Made by a program: the position numbers and the translations under genes. Below, piece after piece: positions 59,491 to 64,000 of a stretch of DNA of 64,000 nucleotides. Positions within the stretch are counted from its first letter, which is position 1. The number at the start of each line of letters is the position of its first letter. The DNA comes from Patescibacteria group bacterium (lineage in GTDB: Bacteria; Patescibacteriota; Patescibacteriia; 2-01-FULL-39-33), in the NCBI GenBank assembly GCA_041671305.1, contig JBAZBX010000002.1, positions 5,193-69,192 on the forward strand, read 5' to 3'. The notes under the pieces are model-generated. The model was not told the origin of the DNA, searched no databases, and saw only the letters and a list, made by a program, of their open reading frames with translations.

Positions 59491-60310
59491 AACAAAAAAG
59501 TTAGCCAAAATACTTGATGGCGAAAAGTTAGCCAAAGAAATAAAATTAGATTTGGCGCAAAAAATATTTTTATCCAAACAAAAACCCGGCTTGGCCACTA
59601 TTTTAATTGGCGACGATCCGGCATCGCTTTTATACGTTAATTTGAAAGAAAAAGAAGCTGGAAAAGTTGGGATAAATTTTCATAAATATTTATGCAATCA
59701 GGATTGCTACCAAGATATTTCTGAGAAAGAACTTTTGACTATGATAAAATTCCTCAATGAAGACCCAGGTACAAATGGAATTATCGTCCAACTTCCTCTG
59801 CCAGAGAAATATCACACTCAGAAAATAATCAATGCCGTTGATCCAGGAAAAGATGTAGACGGATTCCATCCCAAAAACAAGGAAGTTATTCCTCCCACCA
59901 TTTTTGCCATTATTGAACTACTGAGATCAACAAAAGAAAAATTAGAAAACAAAAAAACTCTCATCATCGGCAAGAGTTCTATATTTATAAACGGGCTAGA
60001 AAGCTACATCCAAAAAGAACTAAAAATAAAAAATCTCAAACAAAGCAATATTATTCCAAATAATTCCAAAGATTACGACATTATTATCATTGCCATTGGC
60101 CAAGCCAAAGCGTTGAAGAAAACCATGATCAAGGATGGTGCGATTATCATAGATGTAGGAATAAATAAACTGCACGAAAAAACCATCGGCGACGCTGACC
60201 CCAAAGTGACTGAAGTCGCTTCCTATTTCTCCCCGGTTCCTGGAGGTGTCGGACCTCTGACTGTAGCCTGCCTACTGAAAAATACCTACCTGCTTTCAAA
60301 GAAAAAATAA
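59471..60310 (+). CDS. folD: Methylenetetrahydrofolate dehydrogenase/cyclohydrolase (divergent NAD(P) domain)
   Basis: IGDDPAS, GIIVQLPLP, KDVDGFHP, IDVGIN and PVPGGVGPLT. Confidence 0.88.
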   Translation: MKTSKSKTKKLAKILDGEKLAKEIKLDLAQKIFLSKQKPGLATILIGDDPASLLYVNLKEKEAGKVGINFHKYLCNQDCYQDISEKELLTMIKFLNEDPGTNGIIVQLPLPEKYHTQKIINAVDPGKDVDGFHPKNKEVIPPTIFAIIELLRSTKEKLENKKTLIIGKSSIFINGLESYIQKELKIKNLKQSNIIPNNSKDYDIIIIAIGQAKALKKTMIKDGAIIIDVGINKLHEKTIGDADPKVTEVASYFSPVPGGVGPLTVACLLKNTYLLSKKK

Positions 60311-60317
60311 ATAATGC

Positions 60318-60353
60318 AAAACGCCGTCTTGATGAAAGATCAAGACGGCGTTT
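60318..60353. terminator. Bidirectional hairpin terminator
   Basis: aaacgccgtcttgat-gaaag-atcaagacggcgttt between convergent genes. Confidence 0.75.
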
Positions 60354-60362
60354 AGTTTATAA

Positions 60363-60935
60363 TTAATTCTTATTGAGTAACCTTTCCATCAATTCAATAA
60401 AAATCTTGGCATTGAATTCCACATCCGGCATAGCTCTATGCGCGTTGATATGTTCATAACCAAAATGCTTGGCAACATTGCCCAAAGTGTAGCTGGGCAA
60501 AGTCAATATTTTGCGCGATAATTCCAAAGTATCAATCATCTTGTTCTCAGGCATGGGCAAAGATCTTTTACGGCAATAATCAAGAATAAACAGCCAGTCA
60601 AATTCTCTAATGTTGTGTCCCACCACGATTGAATCTCCGATAAAATGGAAAAATTCTTTCATCACGTCATCAATTTTGCGTCCGTTGGCAATCAGATATA
60701 TCTCGTTGAGACCATGAACTTTCTCCGCTTCAGTCGGAACTGACTTGGTCGGCCTCACCAGCTCCTCAAAACGATCTACGATTTCCTTGCCACGCAATTT
60801 CAAAGCGGCGATTTCCAAAATCTCATCCTTGTCAGGATAAAGACCGGAGGTTTCCAAATCAAAAACCGAAAATTCGGTTTCCAAAAAATTCTGATACTTT
60901 TGTTTTTGTTCTTCTGGTGTCATAACATATACCAT
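60363..60935 (-). CDS. DEDDh 3'-5' exonuclease (DnaQ/PolC epsilon-like)
   Basis: VFDLETSGL, VGHN..FD, IDTLEL and HRAMPD. Confidence 0.92.
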   Translation of the reverse strand: MVYVMTPEEQKQKYQNFLETEFSVFDLETSGLYPDKDEILEIAALKLRGKEIVDRFEELVRPTKSVPTEAEKVHGLNEIYLIANGRKIDDVMKEFFHFIGDSIVVGHNIREFDWLFILDYCRKRSLPMPENKMIDTLELSRKILTLPSYTLGNVAKHFGYEHINAHRAMPDVEFNAKIFIELMERLLNKN

Positions 60936-60965
60936 GTTAAAGCAAAATCACGGTTTTAGCAAGGC

Positions 60966-60994
60966 TTGAAAAATAAGGATTTTTGTGGTATAAT
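60966..60994 (+). promoter_or_regulatory. Sigma70-type promoter of ychF
   Basis: TTGAAA-17 bp-TATAAT with a TG extension. Confidence 0.55.
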
Positions 60995-61003
60995 GGCTAC
61001 AAT

Positions 61004-61085
61004 AATTTTCAATGATCAATTATCAATTTTCAAACAATTTTTAATGATCTAATTTAAAAATTGGAAATTAAAAATTATAAATTTA
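61004..61085. repeat. Heptad-periodic palindromic element in the ychF leader
   Basis: aattttc-aatgatc-aattatc-aattttc-aaacaat followed by complementary aaaattg/gaaatta repeats; homolog at 31691-31725. Confidence 0.7.
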
Positions 61086-61091
61086 TCCCCT

Positions 61092-62177
61092 ATGTCTTTT
61101 TCCATCGGTATCGTTGGTTTGCCCAATGTCGGAAAATCTACACTATTTAAAGCCCTAACCAAAAAACAGGTTGATGCTTCTAATTATCCATTTTGTACCA
61201 TAGACCCCAATGTTGGCGTAGTGCCCGTGCCAGATATCAGGCTAGAGCAACTCGGCCAAGTTTCCCATTCCGCCAAAATAGTCCCTACCACCATTGAGTT
61301 TGTAGATATTGCGGGACTCGTCAAAGGCGCTTCCAAAGGCGAAGGATTGGGCAATAAATTTCTAGCCAACATCCGCGAAGTAGATGCCATTGTTCAAGTC
61401 GTCAGGCAATTTTCTGACAGCAATGTCATTCATGTGGAAGGCAGAGTCAATCCCGAGTCTGACAAAGAAACCATAAACATGGAATTAATCCTGGCTGACC
61501 TCCAATCAGTTGACAAAAAAATTGATGCCAATGCCAAAGAAGTCAGAGCAGGCAAAAAAGAAGCCAAGGAAATTGAGCCGGTTTTAGTTAAACTCAAAGC
61601 CGGATTGGACGCTGGCAAATTAGCCTTTGAAATTATTACCGATCCAGAAGAAATAGAATTAATCAAAGAACTGCACTTGCTTACCATCAAACCCATGATT
61701 TATGTGCTTAACGTTGACGAAGACAAAATTTTCCCTGCCCGAAATGCTTCGCATAACGATGCAGGCGGGCAAGAGACTGATTATCTGACGGTATCAGCCA
61801 AAATAGAAGCTGAACTTTCCGAATTGCCTGAAGCCGAAGCCAAGGAATACCTCAAGGATTTATCCCTTGATTCCTCCGGCCTAGATAGGCTGATCGTCAA
61901 AGCTTATGAAGCTCTTAATTTGATTACTTATATTACCTCTGGCGAGATGGAGACAAAGGCTTGGACCATCAAACGTGGCTGGAAAGCTCCGCAAGCCGCC
62001 GGAGTCATTCATACCGATTTTGAAAAAGGATTCATCCGAGCGGAAATAATCAATTGGAAAGATCTAGTTGATGCCGAGGGAGAAGCCAAAGCCAAAGAAA
62101 AAGGATTAGTGAGATTGGAAGGCAAAGACTATGTGATGGCCGATGGCGACGTAGCTCACTTTCGGTTCAGTAATTAA
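61092..62177 (+). CDS. ychF: Redox-regulated ATPase YchF
   Basis: [44 protein letters not shown] and [13 protein letters not shown]. Confidence 0.97.
   Translation: MSFSIGIVGLPNVGKSTLFKALTKKQVDASNYPFCTIDPNVGVVPVPDIRLEQLGQVSHSAKIVPTTIEFVDIAGLVKGASKGEGLGNKFLANIREVDAIVQVVRQFSDSNVIHVEGRVNPESDKETINMELILADLQSVDKKIDANAKEVRAGKKEAKEIEPVLVKLKAGLDAGKLAFEIITDPEEIELIKELHLLTIKPMIYVLNVDEDKIFPARNASHNDAGGQETDYLTVSAKIEAELSELPEAEAKEYLKDLSLDSSGLDRLIVKAYEALNLITYITSGEMETKAWTIKRGWKAPQAAGVIHTDFEKGFIRAEIINWKDLVDAEGEAKAKEKGLVRLEGKDYVMADGDVAHFRFSN
61734..61770. repeat. Short palindromic element in-frame in ychF
   Basis: cctgcccgaaatgcttcgcataacgatgcaggcgggc encodes [12 protein letters not shown]; an intergenic copy lies at 38937-38970. 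Confidence 0.85.
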
Positions 62178-62180
62178 ATA

Positions 62181-62256
62181 ATAACTAATAACCAAGATAC
62201 AATAACCAAAAAGATTTTTACATTTTTTGATTATTGATTATTGTTTCTTGTATCTT
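62181..62256. repeat. AATAACCAAGA-family palindromic element
   Basis: aataaccaagatacaataaccaaa ... tttgattattgattattgtttcttgtatctt. Confidence 0.65.
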
Positions 62257-62262
62257 AATTTT

Positions 62263-62424
62263 ATGGAAGATGACACAAAGCTAAAAGTGATTCTCTACTT
62301 ATTGGTCGTTCTCAGCGCTGTTGCCTTGATCGGCCTATGGGAGTTATTTATCAAGCCAGGTTCAATCTTTATCTGGCAACTTATCGGCCCCTATGTATCT
62401 CAAATCTGGCATATGGTTTTCTAA
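62263..62424 (+). CDS. Small hypothetical membrane protein
   Basis: 53-aa hydrophobic ORF (MEDDTKLKVILYLLVV...) followed by a terminator. Confidence 0.45.
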   Translation: MEDDTKLKVILYLLVVLSAVALIGLWELFIKPGSIFIWQLIGPYVSQIWHMVF

Positions 62425-62436
62425 TCTAACGCCAAC

Positions 62437-62466
62437 AAAAAATCCGGCGATAAGCCGGTTTTTTAT
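62437..62466. terminator. Bidirectional intrinsic terminator
   Basis: aaaaaatccggc-gataa-gccggtttttt. Confidence 0.75.
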
Positions 62467-62475
62467 TTTTTAATT

Positions 62476-63585
62476 TTATAATTTTATCTCTCCACTGCTT
62501 AATCCCATTCTTTTGAGTATTTTGCTCTTCTGTGAGCCGATCGCCAAATCAGGCTGTCCGTAATCGTTTATTACAATCGGCAAAATTTCTATCTTTTCTA
62601 ATTCTTTATCCTGGAAATAAACCTTGGCAATTGCGCCTTCCCTGGTTTCCTGCGACCACATCTGATCAAAAATTAAATTACCCAGAGAATAAATAATATA
62701 TTTGCCCTTATAATTTTCTATATTCTGCACCCAATGCGGATGATGACCGATAACCAAATCTGCTCCGGCATCAATTACTCCATGATCAAAAGCGATCTGC
62801 TGAGAATTAGCTTTGGCTACATATTCCGTTCCTGCATGGACAAGCACGATAATTACATCTGCTTGTTTTTTTAAACTATCAATATCTGATTTGGCTTTTC
62901 CCAAATTCATATTGGCCATGCCCGCTTTTACTGAAGTGGCAAGATACAAATCTTCAGGATAGGCGTAAGACAAAAAGCCGAACTTCACGCCATTAATTTC
63001 TTTAATATATGGCGCATGCGCTTCCCTGTCGTTTTTGCCGGCTCCCACATAACCAATGCCATTATCATTCAAAGTCTTGAAAGTATCCAGCATACCCTTT
63101 TGCCCCTGATTGCCAAAATGATTATTGGCGAGAGAAATCAAATCAATTCCCGCTTCTTCTAATCCAGCCATAGACTTGGGATCGGCATTGAAACTAAACG
63201 ATCCGGTCTGAACCAGATGACTACCACTGGAAATAGTAAACGGCGATTCCAAATTAACAATTGCCAAATCAACTTTTTTGAATTCATTTCCAATCTTCTC
63301 AAACGGCCAGGCAAAATCATTTTTCTTAACCATCTTCTGTCCCACCACTCTTGAAAGCATGACATCACCGCCAAAAGCCATGATGGTTTCTTTCGGCTCT
63401 ACTGCAATTGGCTCCTCCACCACAGCAAAAGTCGCCGGAAGGGATTGCGCCATCACCTCCTTAATTTGTCCTGTCTGGTAAGTGGAAGTCTTGGCCGACC
63501 TTATGGCCACAAAAAGCAACCCAATCACGACCACTAGGATCAAAATTAAAATCGCCAGAATTATTTCTATTTTAAACTTTTTCAT
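62476..63585 (-). CDS. CapA/PGA_cap-family metallophosphoesterase
   Basis: GDVMLSR, NLESP, LANNH, HAGTEY, GHHPHWVQ and YSLGNLIFDQ. Confidence 0.93.
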   Translation of the reverse strand: MKKFKIEIILAILILILVVVIGLLFVAIRSAKTSTYQTGQIKEVMAQSLPATFAVVEEPIAVEPKETIMAFGGDVMLSRVVGQKMVKKNDFAWPFEKIGNEFKKVDLAIVNLESPFTISSGSHLVQTGSFSFNADPKSMAGLEEAGIDLISLANNHFGNQGQKGMLDTFKTLNDNGIGYVGAGKNDREAHAPYIKEINGVKFGFLSYAYPEDLYLATSVKAGMANMNLGKAKSDIDSLKKQADVIIVLVHAGTEYVAKANSQQIAFDHGVIDAGADLVIGHHPHWVQNIENYKGKYIIYSLGNLIFDQMWSQETREGAIAKVYFQDKELEKIEILPIVINDYGQPDLAIGSQKSKILKRMGLSSGEIKL

Positions 63586-64000
63586 AAATAATTATATTAC
63601 GCCAAATTTTTTGATCTTCCCTTTTGTAAATAAGATTGCCTTCATCCACTCTGGAAAATTTCATTTTTTCAATCTTATCAGCAATATTAATGCCGTATGC
63701 CTCATCTCCCAAATGCCATTCAGGCATCACTATTACTACCCGGCCACCGCTTAAAAGCGCTTTTTCAAATTGAGCAAACGAAGCCAGATACAATTGCTCC
63801 AAGTCTTTGATAATTTTAATAATTTTTGCCTCGCCCTCATTGCCTTTGATGGGAGGACCCAGATAAGGCTCGGTCACAATCGCCGTCACGGACTTAGATT
63901 TTATTTTTTCAGATAATTTTGTGACATCTAATTTTGAAATATCAAATTTGCAATCATTAATTTTTTCTTTATCCACAAGCCAGTTTAAATTATCCTTGCT
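63572..64000 (-). CDS. Trm11/UPF0020-like RNA methyltransferase, C-terminal part (5' end outside window)
   Basis: The frame is open to the window edge (SKDNLNWLVDKEK...). AIVTEPYLGPP resembles the DPPY-type motif IV, followed by GGRVVIVMP. Confidence 0.6.
   Translation of the reverse strand, partial: SKDNLNWLVDKEKINDCKFDISKLDVTKLSEKIKSKSVTAIVTEPYLGPPIKGNEGEAKIIKIIKDLEQLYLASFAQFEKALLSGGRVVIVMPEWHLGDEAYGINIADKIEKMKFSRVDEGNLIYKREDQKIWRNIIIYEKV

Noticed and set aside
1-64000. CRISPR array, rRNA genes, or a transposase for the palindromic elements
   Set aside because: No regularly spaced repeat-spacer array, rRNA-like segment or recognisable transposase/RAYT ORF was seen in the window.

Overview
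This is an AT-rich, gene-dense bacterial chromosomal segment. Gene content (VirB2-like pilins, a conserved PrgI/VirB4/VirB6-like cluster with a giant Cys-rich protein, few Shine-Dalgarno sites, tRNAs without encoded CCA) points to a Patescibacteria/CPR (Parcubacteria-like) genome; this assignment is an inference. The window holds two tandem pilin genes that share a ~93% identical 398-bp module but carry different peptidoglycan-hydrolase domains, radA and recG, four tRNAs including an unusual tRNA-Arg(GCG), and an ice-binding (DUF3494)/LPxTG adhesin interrupted by an in-frame TAA next to a class F sortase. A ~20-kb type IV secretion-like cluster with a 3214-aa protein follows. The rest is mostly housekeeping: rsmA, leuS with NUDIX and alpha/beta-hydrolase insertions, uvrA, porCDAB, secG, rnj, trpS, rsmE, glyA, folD and ychF. 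The most interesting signals are (1) the modular pilin-cell-wall-hydrolase fusions, (2) a divergent Elp3 + Trm9-like pair suggesting eukaryote/archaea-type mcm5U34 synthesis, and (3) several families of short palindromic elements, some inserted in-frame into LeuRS, UvrA and YchF. All family assignments come from motif recognition by eye, not database searches.
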